From a virus (lineage: Duplodnaviria; Caudoviricetes), in IMG/VR virus record IMGVR_UViG_2773857716_000001, positions 1 to 64,000 of that record: 64,000 nucleotides of DNA, one strand, 5' to 3'. The position numbers and the translations under genes are program-made. Positions 1 to 8,669 of this stretch are shown piece by piece. Each line of letters begins with the position of its first letter. Position 1 is the first letter of the stretch. The notes beneath the pieces are model-generated. The model was not told where the DNA came from and did no database searches. It saw nothing but the letters and a program-made list of their open reading frames with translations.

Positions 1-60
1 CAGCGCAGCGACGTCGAGGCTGGCCTCCAGGAGATCCTCGACCGCGCCAAGGAGGCGTGA
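1..60 (+). CDS. 3' end of a hypothetical protein (partial), ending ...DVEAGLQEILDRAKEA*
   Basis: Open frame 1 to TGA at 58-60, GTGA-overlapping the next start; near-identical to the end of the 7212-7382 gene. Confidence 0.6.
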   Translation, partial: QRSDVEAGLQEILDRAKEA

Positions 61-62
61 TG
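9..62 (+). repeat. 54-bp direct repeat, copy 1
   Basis: 52/54 identical to 7331-7384. Confidence 0.9.
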
Positions 63-797
63 TCCCTTCCGGCCAGCTACCTGCACCGGTGGCGCCCCGA
101 GCAGCACCACAAGACCGGCCACATGCCCAGCACGATGCCTGGCCTCAAGGAAACCAGCCTGCGGGACACCCGCATCCGCCCCGGCTCGATCATCGTCTGG
201 AGTGACCGTAGGGCCTACGAGGTAATCGAGATCACCGAACGCCCCCTCGACCTGTGGCCCCAGCGCTTCTGCGACGAGTGGGACCGGTACTGCAAATGGC
301 GCGCCGAGCACATCGCCGCCGGCCGCCTGTCGGGACCCGGTCCTGATCGCGCCACGTGGGAGCACCGGCCCGTCGTTCTTGTCATCCGGCCCGCTGACAG
401 GCCCACTACGAAGGCCAAGCACTACGCTGTGCGCGTCTCCCACACCTACTTCGTCCTCCCCGAGCACTACAGCGTCTGCCGCCTGTGCAACGAGGTCCCT
501 CCCTGCAACCACGCCACCCTGGAAGCGACCATCGACCGCGAGATGGCCCACACGGACCGCCTCATGGCCATTCCGCGGGGCGCGTGCCTGGGGTGCGGTG
601 AGACGATCACGTCTCGTATGAAGGCCACCTGCTTTCCCGGCCCGAACCTGTGGCGTCCCGACTGGGGCCAGGACTCCGCCGTGTTCCACACGCGGCAGCG
701 CGACGAGTGCTCGAACGGGCTGTGGCGGTATGAGCAGCAGTGGAAGCAGCAGGGCTTGGACGTTCTCAACCCGCAGTCGCCCGCCGAGGAGGCGTGA
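57..797 (+). CDS. Hypothetical protein with CxxC/His zinc-binding motifs
   Basis: AGGAG RBS, GTGA overlap; motifs CRLCNEVPPC and CLGCGE...FH...C. Confidence 0.75.
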   Translation: MMSLPASYLHRWRPEQHHKTGHMPSTMPGLKETSLRDTRIRPGSIIVWSDRRAYEVIEITERPLDLWPQRFCDEWDRYCKWRAEHIAAGRLSGPGPDRATWEHRPVVLVIRPADRPTTKAKHYAVRVSHTYFVLPEHYSVCRLCNEVPPCNHATLEATIDREMAHTDRLMAIPRGACLGCGETITSRMKATCFPGPNLWRPDWGQDSAVFHTRQRDECSNGLWRYEQQWKQQGLDVLNPQSPAEEA

Positions 798-826
798 TCC
801 CTGGCTTCGGCTGGGGGCACTCCTCG

Positions 827-991
827 TTAGTCGGCTGGTGTCCACGGCCCGTCAGGGGTGGTGTTCGTCCCGTCGCACCACCAGCAGTCCCACTCCCCAG
901 GGAGCCGGTACTGCTCCGTCCAAAACCCGGTCGGCTCGCCGTAGACGACGCACTCCGTATCGCACCATCCGCACACGAACTCGAAGTTCAC
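827..991 (-). CDS. Small Cys-rich (zinc-ribbon-like) hypothetical protein
   Basis: GTG start with GGGGAG RBS; CGWC...CWWC motifs. Confidence 0.55.
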   Translation of the reverse strand: MNFEFVCGWCDTECVVYGEPTGFWTEQYRLPGEWDCWWCDGTNTTPDGPWTPAD

Positions 992-1198
992 CTGCCGCTC
1001 CCCTGTAGGTCTCCCCTTGGTAGCAGCCGAGGCGCGTGGCGGGGGCCGAAGCGAGCAAGACCCCCTGTTCCGGCGGCCGGGTTTCGGCCGGGCCGCCGCT
1101 TTCACGACAACCCGCGCCTGTTCGACTGACACCTCAGCCCCGGCGGCGGTACACCATCCCCAGACCGCCACCCGGCGGACGTGGGAGGGGACCGCTGG

Positions 1199-1408
1199 AT
1201 GCTCACGATCAACGTGGCCGTGCTGCTCGCCATCATCGTCTTCGTGCGGCTCCGGCGGCCTGTCGAGCCCCGCACCCGCCTCGACCAAATGTTCGGGATC
1301 ACGGTGATCCTCGTCCTCGGGCTGCTCCTCGCGCCCACCGCGTTCGGGCACAGCGTCCTCGGCGCGGTGCAGCAACTGGTGGAGGGCATCGCGAAGGCGG
1401 CTCACTGA
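1199..1408 (+). CDS. Small membrane protein (2 TM segments)
   Basis: GGAGGG RBS; two hydrophobic stretches. Confidence 0.7.
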   Translation: MLTINVAVLLAIIVFVRLRRPVEPRTRLDQMFGITVILVLGLLLAPTAFGHSVLGAVQQLVEGIAKAAH

Positions 1409-1447
1409 CCAGGCCCGGCCGCGCAGTCGCGCTTGTGGCTCGGCATC

Positions 1448-1482
<35 letters not shown>

Positions 1483-1554
1483 GTACGTGGGCGTCATATG
1501 GCTGGTGTCCAGCGCGTTCTGACGGGGTGAGCAGGGCCTCGCTAGGCTCCCCTC

Positions 1555-1938
1555 ATGACCGACACCAGCCCCGTCGAGAACCTGTCGAGCGCCGCCGAGC
1601 AGATCCGCGCCTTCAACCACGCCAGCCGCCACGCCAGCGACGAGTGGACCTTCCCCAGTCACAGCTACGGCGCCCTCGGCAACCTGACCCACCTCGCCCA
1701 GATGCTGGGCCAGGCCATCGACCAGGCCACCCGGCCCGCCATGCGCACCTACGAGCAAGGGCGGCTGCTCATCGACGGCCAGGGCGACCCGGACGCCGCC
1801 ATCGTGCAGATGCTGGCCGCCAGCGAGGATGCGGTTCAGCACGCGCAGGAACTCGCGGCCGCCCTCGGCCGGATGCACTCCGCCACCTCAGCCATGGGCG
1901 TCGACACCAAGGGGCTGCCGGGGCTCGCGGAGGACTGA
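1555..1938 (+). CDS. Hypothetical helical protein
   Basis: Strong GC3 codon bias; followed by a terminator hairpin. Confidence 0.75.
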   Translation: MTDTSPVENLSSAAEQIRAFNHASRHASDEWTFPSHSYGALGNLTHLAQMLGQAIDQATRPAMRTYEQGRLLIDGQGDPDAAIVQMLAASEDAVQHAQELAAALGRMHSATSAMGVDTKGLPGLAED

Positions 1939-1960
1939 CCTCGCCCTGCCTGTGATGACC

Positions 1961-1992
1961 GCCCCCGGCCCTCAAGCCGGGGGCCGCTTTCG
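1961..1992 (+). terminator. Intrinsic terminator-like hairpin
   Basis: GCCCCCGGC-cctcaa-GCCGGGGGC followed by cgctttcg. Confidence 0.6.
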
Positions 1993-2007
1993 TGCTCCAG
2001 CGGCAGG

Positions 2008-2037
2008 GGCAATGCCCGCCCGGATCCGCGCCAGCAT
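2008..2037 (+). promoter_or_regulatory. Putative phage-specific promoter GGCAAT-N18-CAGCAT (leaderless)
   Basis: Same motif and spacing recurs at 9749-9778 and 4967-4997; ATG lies 6 nt after the -10 box. Confidence 0.55.
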
Positions 2038-2043
2038 GGACGG

Positions 2044-2778
2044 ATGCCAACTCTCCCCGCGCACCTCTCCGCCGCCCACACCGCAGGCCTCCCCGCCACC
2101 GCCACGCTGCCGGCCCCGCGGACCGCGACCACCGGAACCGGCGGGCTCGTCGCCACCGGGCCCGTCTTCGCCGGTACCGGATGGCGGATCACCACCCAGT
2201 GCCGCACCTACTGCCTCAGCCCCAGCCAGCAGTACACGGTCACGTTCCCCACGCAGGCCCTCAAGGACCGCTACGTCCCCTACCTGACCACCGCGGTCGG
2301 CCAGCTCGTCGGCGTCGGCGTGAACATCGCCATCGGCGGCATCGAGACGCCCGACTACTCCACCGTCCCCCCGCAGGGGCACATCCAGTACGGCGAGGCG
2401 TACAGGCCCGTCGGCACCGCGGGCTACTCCCAGGGCCTGCCCTGCTACAACACCGCCGACAACAGCGTCTGGGGCGGGTACGTGCTCATCGACTCGGAGT
2501 ACTGGGACGGCACCTGGACCATCACCGACACCGTCCGCAAGAACACCCTCGTCCACGAGCTGTGCCACGCCCTGGGCCTCGACCATTGCAACTCGGATAT
2601 GAACAACGACGGCAAGGTCACCAGCTACGAAACCGTCAAGGACACCACTGGCGTCACGCCGCTCATGACCAGCCCCAACGGGGGCTACCAGGACTCCCGC
2701 GCCGGCACCCTCACCCCCTACGACCTCAACGGCATCAAGCAGCTCCTCGCCAACGCCGCCGCCCTCGGCGTCGCCTGA
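2044..2778 (+). CDS. Zinc metallopeptidase (metzincin/matrixin-like)
   Basis: HELCHALGLDH matches HExxHxxGxxH; downstream Met-turn-like PLMTSP. Confidence 0.8.
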   Translation: MPTLPAHLSAAHTAGLPATATLPAPRTATTGTGGLVATGPVFAGTGWRITTQCRTYCLSPSQQYTVTFPTQALKDRYVPYLTTAVGQLVGVGVNIAIGGIETPDYSTVPPQGHIQYGEAYRPVGTAGYSQGLPCYNTADNSVWGGYVLIDSEYWDGTWTITDTVRKNTLVHELCHALGLDHCNSDMNNDGKVTSYETVKDTTGVTPLMTSPNGGYQDSRAGTLTPYDLNGIKQLLANAAALGVA

Positions 2779-2805
2779 CCCCTCCCCGGCCCCAAACCGC
2801 ACCCG

Positions 2806-2828
2806 TTGTCAGTGCCTGCTGTCACACT
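2806..2828 (+). promoter_or_regulatory. RecA-NDp/PafBC-type DNA-damage promoter
   Basis: TTGTCAGTG-N8-CACACT versus the actinobacterial consensus tTGTCRgtg-N8-TAnnnT, upstream of the 2861 ORF. Confidence 0.55.
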
Positions 2829-2860
2829 CCCGGACAAACACCCCAACCCGGGAGAACGCC

Positions 2861-3253
2861 ATGCGCATCGACCGCGACCCCGCGCTCATTGCCTACCAGG
2901 CCGCGGAAGAATGCCGCGCCCTCGTCACAGCCACGGCCAAGCCCGCGCAGCTCGGCACGGTCGAGGAGGTGCGGGATGTCACCGAGGGCCTGCACCTGGC
3001 CGTGAACCAGCTCCCACAGGCCGCCCGGCAGACCGCGGCCGCGCTGCGGGCCCTCGAGGAGCAGCAGACGGTCAGCGTGGCCGGGGCCGGGGATCCGGGC
3101 GAGGACGTGTCCCTGGCCCTGCGGGCGCTCCTCAACGCCGAAGTCGGGCTCACCGTCGCCCGCGCCGCCCTGCGTGAGGCCATGGCCTCCCTCTCCCGCC
3201 TGAACGATGCCAGCACCGTTACCCCAGATCCGGGCGCAACCGCCGCACCGTGA
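2861..3253 (+). CDS. Hypothetical helical protein (possible distant paralogue of 1555-1938)
   Basis: GGAG RBS, GC3 bias, similar length and helical pattern. Confidence 0.7.
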   Translation: MRIDRDPALIAYQAAEECRALVTATAKPAQLGTVEEVRDVTEGLHLAVNQLPQAARQTAAALRALEEQQTVSVAGAGDPGEDVSLALRALLNAEVGLTVARAALREAMASLSRLNDASTVTPDPGATAAP

Positions 3254-4145
3254 CATGCCGATGCCGCGTCGTCCCCACCTCCACCTCCACCGGCATCACC
3301 TGCCGCAGCACATGAAACTGCGTCCCATCCCGCATCCACTCCACCCCGCCCACCGCGTCACCTGCGACCTCCAGGGCCTGCGCCAGCAGCCCCGACAACG
3401 CCACATCCAGCGGCGTCGACAGCAACAGCCGGCCGCCTCCCACATCCACGACGGCGCGCTTCGGCCGGGACGCCGCACCGGTGAAGCCGACGGCCACCGC
3501 GTCCTGCGCCCGCGCGTGCCGGACCTTCACCCACGCCCGCCGGCCCGCCGCATACCGTCCGCTGGTCCGCTTCGCGACGATCCCCTCAATGCCCTGCCCG
3601 CGCAGGGCCTCCAGCCACTCCAGGGCCTCGCCCCGGTCGGTGGTGGACGGCACGGCCTGGAGGGGCGGCCCCAGTGGCCCCAGGACAGCCAGGAGCCGTT
3701 CGCGGCGCTCCTCGTACGGCCGCGCCCGCAAATCCTCACCCTCCACCGCCAGAGCATCGAACGCCGCGTACGAGGCGGGCAGTTGCGAGGCCAGAAGCCG
3801 GGCCCGCAGCGGTGACGACAGGGCCCGCTGCTGCACCGCGGTGAAGTCCACGTGGCCTTCCTGGTAGATGACGGCCTCCCCGTCGAGGACCGTGCCCGGC
3901 GGTAGCTGCTCGGCGGCCTGTGCGAGGTCGGGGAAGTGGGCGGTCACTGAGCGGTGGGAGCGGCCGGCCTGGAGTCGTGCGCGGCCTTCCTGGGGGCGGG
4001 CCACGATGACGCGGTGCCCGTCGAACTTCGGCTCGTATGCCCAGCCGGGCCCGGACGGTAGGTCGGTGGCGGCTTCGGCGAGGGCGACGGTCGCGGGCAG
4101 TCGGAGTGGCATGCCAGGGCAACGAGGGCCGGTGGTGGTCGTCAC
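3219..4145 (-). CDS. ATP-dependent DNA ligase (LigC/LigD ligase-domain type)
   Basis: Motif I YEPKFDGHR, LDGE, AFDAL, EGIVAK, WVKVR; true start may be at MPLRLP. Confidence 0.88.
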   Translation of the reverse strand: MTTTTGPRCPGMPLRLPATVALAEAATDLPSGPGWAYEPKFDGHRVIVARPQEGRARLQAGRSHRSVTAHFPDLAQAAEQLPPGTVLDGEAVIYQEGHVDFTAVQQRALSSPLRARLLASQLPASYAAFDALAVEGEDLRARPYEERRERLLAVLGPLGPPLQAVPSTTDRGEALEWLEALRGQGIEGIVAKRTSGRYAAGRRAWVKVRHARAQDAVAVGFTGAASRPKRAVVDVGGGRLLLSTPLDVALSGLLAQALEVAGDAVGGVEWMRDGTQFHVLRQVMPVEVEVGTTRHRHVTVRRLRPDLG

Positions 4146-4167
4146 CGTGGCGTGGGCCGTACGAACA

Positions 4168-4210
4168 CTTCACTGAACCTGTTGTGCAGACCCTCGAAAT
4201 CTGTCATGCT
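4168..4210 (+). promoter_or_regulatory. 43-bp conserved promoter/operator module, copy 1
   Basis: CTTCACTGAACCTGTTGTG-nnn-ACCCTCGAAATCTGTCATGCT-type motif containing TTGTGn-N17-CATGCT; also at 17734-17776 and 23702-23744. Confidence 0.8.
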
Positions 4211-4240
4211 GTTCTCAAGCAGACAACAGGGGAGCCCCGC

Positions 4241-4603
4241 ATGGACACCACCCGCTACTCCGTCACCCTCACCCGCCCCGGCTACACCACCATCGCCCTC
4301 GGCCCCTACTCCATCCGCGGCGTCGCCGACCTGACCGCCTGGAACCTCACCCACCACCTCCGCGACCAGGCCGACGCCCAGGTCGACGTCGAGCCCCACG
4401 ACGAAACGCTGGAACACCTCCCCGAGCTGCCCACCACCCCGCAGGAACTCGCCACGGTCCTGGCCAACGAACCCGCCACCACCGACCGGCTCGACATCTA
4501 CGCCCGCCTCGCCGCCCAAGTCGGCGGCCCCGAGTCCCGCAAGCTGCTGGCCGACGCCTACATGCGATGCGCAGTCGCCCTCTGGCCCGAAATCGCCGGC
4601 TGA
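4241..4603 (+). CDS. Hypothetical protein
   Basis: GGGGAG RBS just downstream of the conserved promoter. Confidence 0.7.
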   Translation: MDTTRYSVTLTRPGYTTIALGPYSIRGVADLTAWNLTHHLRDQADAQVDVEPHDETLEHLPELPTTPQELATVLANEPATTDRLDIYARLAAQVGGPESRKLLADAYMRCAVALWPEIAG

Positions 4604-4683
4604 CCACCACCGACCGCGGCCCGCGCCCTCACCCCCAGGCGCGGGCCGCCCCAATCCTTGCAACACCAGCAGGAGGCAGCGTC

Positions 4684-4956
4684 ATGACACACAAGCTCTC
4701 CAGCCAAGTCCTCACCGCCCTCTTCGGCCACATCCCCCAGCACGTCACCGAAGCCCGCGACGACTTCCTCACCGCCAAGAACCGCTGGCGCTGGGCTCAA
4801 GAAGAACTCCGCCGCAACAACGGCGAGGACCCTGAGTGGACGCAGGCACTCCACGAGGAGCGCACCGAGGCCTTCCGCGACATGCGGACCGCGGGCGACG
4901 TCGTTACCGCGTTCAGCCCGAGCCTCGCGCGCTCCCTCTTCAACGCCTCGCACTGA
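4684..4956 (+). CDS. Hypothetical protein
   Basis: AGGAGG RBS, GC3 bias. Confidence 0.7.
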   Translation: MTHKLSSQVLTALFGHIPQHVTEARDDFLTAKNRWRWAQEELRRNNGEDPEWTQALHEERTEAFRDMRTAGDVVTAFSPSLARSLFNASH

Positions 4957-5021
4957 CCCACGCCGGGGCAACGCCCCGCACCAAACCGCGACAGCATGGA
5001 CACCCGCCCAAGGAGCCCCGC

Positions 5022-5519
5022 ATGACCGCCGCTACCTGGCCGTTCGGAACCGACGCCGACCGCGACGACCCACTCACCGCCCTGCGCATCCCCGTCACTG
5101 GTACCCACCCCAAGTGGCACTACATCGCCACCTTCGACCGCGGCTCCGAGGCCCGCCCCACCGACGCCGAGGCAAGGATGCTCGCCAGCTTCATTGAGGA
5201 GTACAAGGAGTACTTCTTCAACGACTCCTACAAGGCCAAGCTGCTGAAACGTCCGCTCGACGTCGACGCCGTCACCAAGATCTTCCACAAGTGGGGTGAC
5301 AGTGACTGGTCATACCGCGTCGTCACCTGGCAGTACGGCCCCTTCTGGGTCCCGGTCTCCCCGCGGCTTCGAGGCGGAGAGTTCGAGTACGACCTGCTGC
5401 CCGCGCACACGCTGGAGCAGGTCATGGACCGCTGCCACAGCATGCACACCGAATACCCCAGCAAGCACTGGGCGGAGTGGAAGGCCAGCCACCCCGAGAC
5501 CTTCGGGGATGACCAGTGA
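5022..5519 (+). CDS. Hypothetical phage protein
   Basis: AGGAG RBS before MTAATWP; GC3 bias. Confidence 0.75.
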   Translation: MTAATWPFGTDADRDDPLTALRIPVTGTHPKWHYIATFDRGSEARPTDAEARMLASFIEEYKEYFFNDSYKAKLLKRPLDVDAVTKIFHKWGDSDWSYRVVTWQYGPFWVPVSPRLRGGEFEYDLLPAHTLEQVMDRCHSMHTEYPSKHWAEWKASHPETFGDDQ

Positions 5520-5749
5520 CCAGCCACGCCCTCGACGCCGCCGGCGGCCCCACGCTCACCGACTGGCTCGACACCGACGAGCACCGCGACCAGGCCTGGA
5601 ACCTCCACCAGCACATCGCCGACCGCGAAGGCCCGTACGCCGCGGCCGCGTGGCTCATCGGCGCCAGCACCCGCCCCACCCGCAACGGGCACAGCACAGA
5701 CGCCCGCGCAGCCGCACACGCCCACATCAACGCCCGGGAGCAGCAGTGA
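5516..5749 (+). CDS. Hypothetical protein
   Basis: GTGA-coupled; ends EQQ*. Confidence 0.65.
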   Translation: MTSHALDAAGGPTLTDWLDTDEHRDQAWNLHQHIADREGPYAAAAWLIGASTRPTRNGHSTDARAAAHAHINAREQQ

Positions 5750-5931
5750 CCAGCACCCACCCCGAGCAGGCCACCGACGAGCAGGTAGAACAGCTCGCCC
5801 GCGGCCTCGCCGGCGCAGCCCACATCAACCCGCAGCGCACCGCGCCGCCATGGGACCAGCTCACCCCCGAACAGCAGGACCAGCACCGGTCAGAAGCACG
5901 ACGCAGCAGCAGCGCTGAGGAGGAGCGGTGA
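5746..5931 (+). CDS. Hypothetical protein
   Basis: GTGA-coupled at both ends. Confidence 0.55.
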   Translation: MTSTHPEQATDEQVEQLARGLAGAAHINPQRTAPPWDQLTPEQQDQHRSEARRSSSAEEER

Positions 5932-6245
5932 TTGTCACGCTGGCCGTGATCGCCGCCCTGGCCGTCGGGTACCTCGCTGGCCGCACCCGCCCGATCGAAG
6001 CCCTCGACAACCGCCTCAATCCCTGGATCTGGAAGCAGGCCCGCCACGCCAGCGCCAAGCGGCACCCCGGTTGGTGGATCGCTCAGATCTACTTCCTCGG
6101 CTTCATCCTCATCCACCCGATCCAGGCCATGAGTAACCGCCGGGAAAACCAGCGTCGGCGTGCTGAATCGGCCCAAACGCCATGTTTCAAGCCTGCCTTC
6201 GACCCGAACTGGGCCGTCAACCGGACCAAGAAGGAGCAGCAGTGA
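5928..6245 (+). CDS. Membrane protein
   Basis: N-terminal and central hydrophobic segments; ends EQQ*. Confidence 0.65.
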   Translation: MIVTLAVIAALAVGYLAGRTRPIEALDNRLNPWIWKQARHASAKRHPGWWIAQIYFLGFILIHPIQAMSNRRENQRRRAESAQTPCFKPAFDPNWAVNRTKKEQQ

Positions 6246-6727
6246 CCAACACCATCCCTGACTCCCTCGCCAGCTACCTGCAGCAGCGACAGGCCGCCCA
6301 CGCCGACAGGGTCCGCGCCGTTCTCGCCGCCCTCACCGGCTGGGAGCAGGCGCTGGTCCATGACGCAGCCGTCATGGGCTACGTCCAGGGCATGCGGCAC
6401 CCCGAGGGCGAGCCCATCGGCAAGGACCGGCAGACCATCGCCCACGTCATCGACGCCTGCTTGGCGTTCCCCGACCTCTACCCGGCGATCAAATCTCTCG
6501 AGGCTTCCACGGAACGGCGGGAGACTGTCGAGTATTTCGTCCAGTGCCAGCAGCCCGACGGCACGTGGGAGCAGGCCGGCGGCACGACCCAGAACCCCGC
6601 CCTCGTCCTCCAGCGACTCGCCGCGCGCCGCCGGGCGCAGCCGGACTTCGAGTACCGCATCGCCCGGCGCACCACTACAGCCCGCGTCGTGACGTTCGAT
6701 GTGGCCGACAGCGAGGAGCAGCAGTGA
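6242..6727 (+). CDS. Hypothetical protein
   Basis: GTGA-coupled; ends EQQ*. Confidence 0.7.
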   Translation: MTNTIPDSLASYLQQRQAAHADRVRAVLAALTGWEQALVHDAAVMGYVQGMRHPEGEPIGKDRQTIAHVIDACLAFPDLYPAIKSLEASTERRETVEYFVQCQQPDGTWEQAGGTTQNPALVLQRLAARRRAQPDFEYRIARRTTTARVVTFDVADSEEQQ

Positions 6728-7215
6728 CCGACGACCTGCGGCAGCGCATCGCCTCCGCCATGGCGGAGGCTGCCGGAAGCCGCGCGTTCCGCAACACCGA
6801 CCCGGCATGGAACCACATGCGGTCCATCTGGCTCGCCCACGCCGACGCCGCCCTCGGCTCCCTCCGCCCCGAGCTGAAGCAGCTGCGGACCCGCGCCTGG
6901 AAGGCGGAACGTGCCGTCAACCTCCTCGCTGGCTCCCACCGCCGAGCCGAACAAGCCGAGGCGACCATCGCCCGCGCTGCGGAACGCCTGGCTGTATGGG
7001 AGCAGCGACTCCCCGAGACCGTGAAGCTCGCGCCCATCATCGAGACGGTCCGCCGCGACCTCGGCATCGAGGAGGCGTCGTGCGCCGAGTGCGGGCATCC
7101 CAAAGACCAGCACCAGGACGCGGACGAGCCCGTATCTGTCGGCCTGTGCACCGTGTGCGACCAGGCTGGCAGCGACGACGCCTGGCACAACTACGAACCC
7201 CAGGAGCAGCAGTGA
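6724..7215 (+). CDS. Hypothetical protein with C-terminal CxxCxH zinc motif
   Basis: CAECGHPKDQH...CTVC; ends EQQ*. Confidence 0.7.
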   Translation: MTDDLRQRIASAMAEAAGSRAFRNTDPAWNHMRSIWLAHADAALGSLRPELKQLRTRAWKAERAVNLLAGSHRRAEQAEATIARAAERLAVWEQRLPETVKLAPIIETVRRDLGIEEASCAECGHPKDQHQDADEPVSVGLCTVCDQAGSDDAWHNYEPQEQQ

Positions 7216-7382
7216 CCGACCCTATCGACCAGCACCTCGCGGACAGCGCCGCCCGCACCGAGACCGACCACGTGCTGGACCGGCTCACCGCCGACAACGA
7301 CCGGATGCTCGCCGCCCTCGACGAGGTCATCGACGTCGAGGCCGGCCTCCAGCAGATCCTCGACCGCGCCAAGGAGGCGTGA
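7212..7382 (+). CDS. Small acidic hypothetical protein
   Basis: GTGA-coupled; C-terminus duplicated at the window start. Confidence 0.65.
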   Translation: MTDPIDQHLADSAARTETDHVLDRLTADNDRMLAALDEVIDVEAGLQQILDRAKEA

Positions 7383-7384
7383 TG
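7331..7384 (+). repeat. 54-bp direct repeat, copy 2
   Basis: 52/54 identical to 9-62. Confidence 0.9.
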
Positions 7385-7762
7385 CCCGCGACGCGTCGAA
7401 CGGGGCGTGACCGGCGTGACGGCCGAGTGAGCGCTGGGTGAGGGTTCGATGACCGACAGCAATAGAATTCAGCCAGACGCGACAGCAGCAACACGGCCTG
7501 CTACACCTGACGTCAACACGCCCGTGGCATATGCACGCAACGCAAAAATCGACTGCCGCCCGACGGCCCAGCCACCGGCCAGCTGCGAATGACCGGAGCG
7601 GGCCGCCGGCGCTGACAGCCCAGACAAGCCCGCTCCACAACAGGCCCGCCCGTCACCCGCGTTACCGGCGACACCGCCATCATTGGCGAATATTCAACCG
7701 AATACATCAGCGAATCCTTCCTAGGAAGAACACCCCAACAAAGCCCCGCCCCAGGAGAACGC

Positions 7763-8599
7763 TTGGACAGCACCGCGCTCGCCGGCCTACTCGAGGCCCG
7801 CCGTGCCCTCATAGACCCGGCGACCGTCCCCGGCATCCAGGTCGCCCAAAACCCCGGACGCCGAGCCGCAGGCCGAGGCCTCACCCAGTCCCACGTCGAC
7901 CAAATGGCCGGCTACGACAACAACACCTACAACCGCCTCATCAACGGCAAAATCCACAACCCCAGCTTCAAGCTCCTCCGCGCCTACGCCAACGCACTCC
8001 GCCTTACCGAGCAAGAGTGGGTGGCCATGTGCCGCTACGCCCGCGGCGACGACCCCAACAGCCGCCTCCACCCCCGCTCAGGCCTCGAAGTGCCCGGCAT
8101 GTGGAAGGACGTCATCGACGGCAGCCGGCACATGGCGTACATCACCGACCAGTCGTACAACCTCCTCGCCCACAACGAGCCTTTCGTCAGCCTGTTCGCC
8201 CACCAGCAACCGCCGCCGAACATGATGGAGTGGATGTTGCTGTCCGATGAGGCACGCACCACCCTCACGGGCTGGAAGACCGTCTGGACGCCGTACGTCC
8301 TGCCACAGCTACGCGGAGCGCGCGCCATCCTGCCCGACGACGAAACCCTCGCCCGCATCGAGGACGCCGTCATCAAGGACACCGAATGCGGACCGCTGTA
8401 CGAGGAGCGCTCCACCGCCCAGGTCCACCCCGACGGGCAGGAACGCCCCCTCCTCCACCCCACGCTCGGGCCGTGCTGGGTGCAGATCTGCGCGGCAGAG
8501 CCCCTGTCCAGCCCCAACGCCCGGGTCATGTTCGTGAAGCTGAACCCCGGCGCCGACCCCTCACAGATACGCCGCCCCTACCTACGAGCCGCGGCTTGA
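7763..8599 (+). CDS. MmyB-family transcriptional regulator (XRE HTH plus PAS-like ligand-binding domain)
   Basis: LLEARRALIDP...GRR..RGLTQ..V N-terminus, HTH, then AYITDQSYNLLAHN, NMMEWML and HPTLG, typical of the MmyB/MltR LBD; TTG start with AGGAG. Confidence 0.88.
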   Translation: MDSTALAGLLEARRALIDPATVPGIQVAQNPGRRAAGRGLTQSHVDQMAGYDNNTYNRLINGKIHNPSFKLLRAYANALRLTEQEWVAMCRYARGDDPNSRLHPRSGLEVPGMWKDVIDGSRHMAYITDQSYNLLAHNEPFVSLFAHQQPPPNMMEWMLLSDEARTTLTGWKTVWTPYVLPQLRGARAILPDDETLARIEDAVIKDTECGPLYEERSTAQVHPDGQERPLLHPTLGPCWVQICAAEPLSSPNARVMFVKLNPGADPSQIRRPYLRAAA

Positions 8600-8669
8600 T
8601 CACGGCCCGCCCGAGGCACACCGGGCGGGCCATCGCCGTATCGTGAAGGCTTCACCAGGGGGAGGCCTC

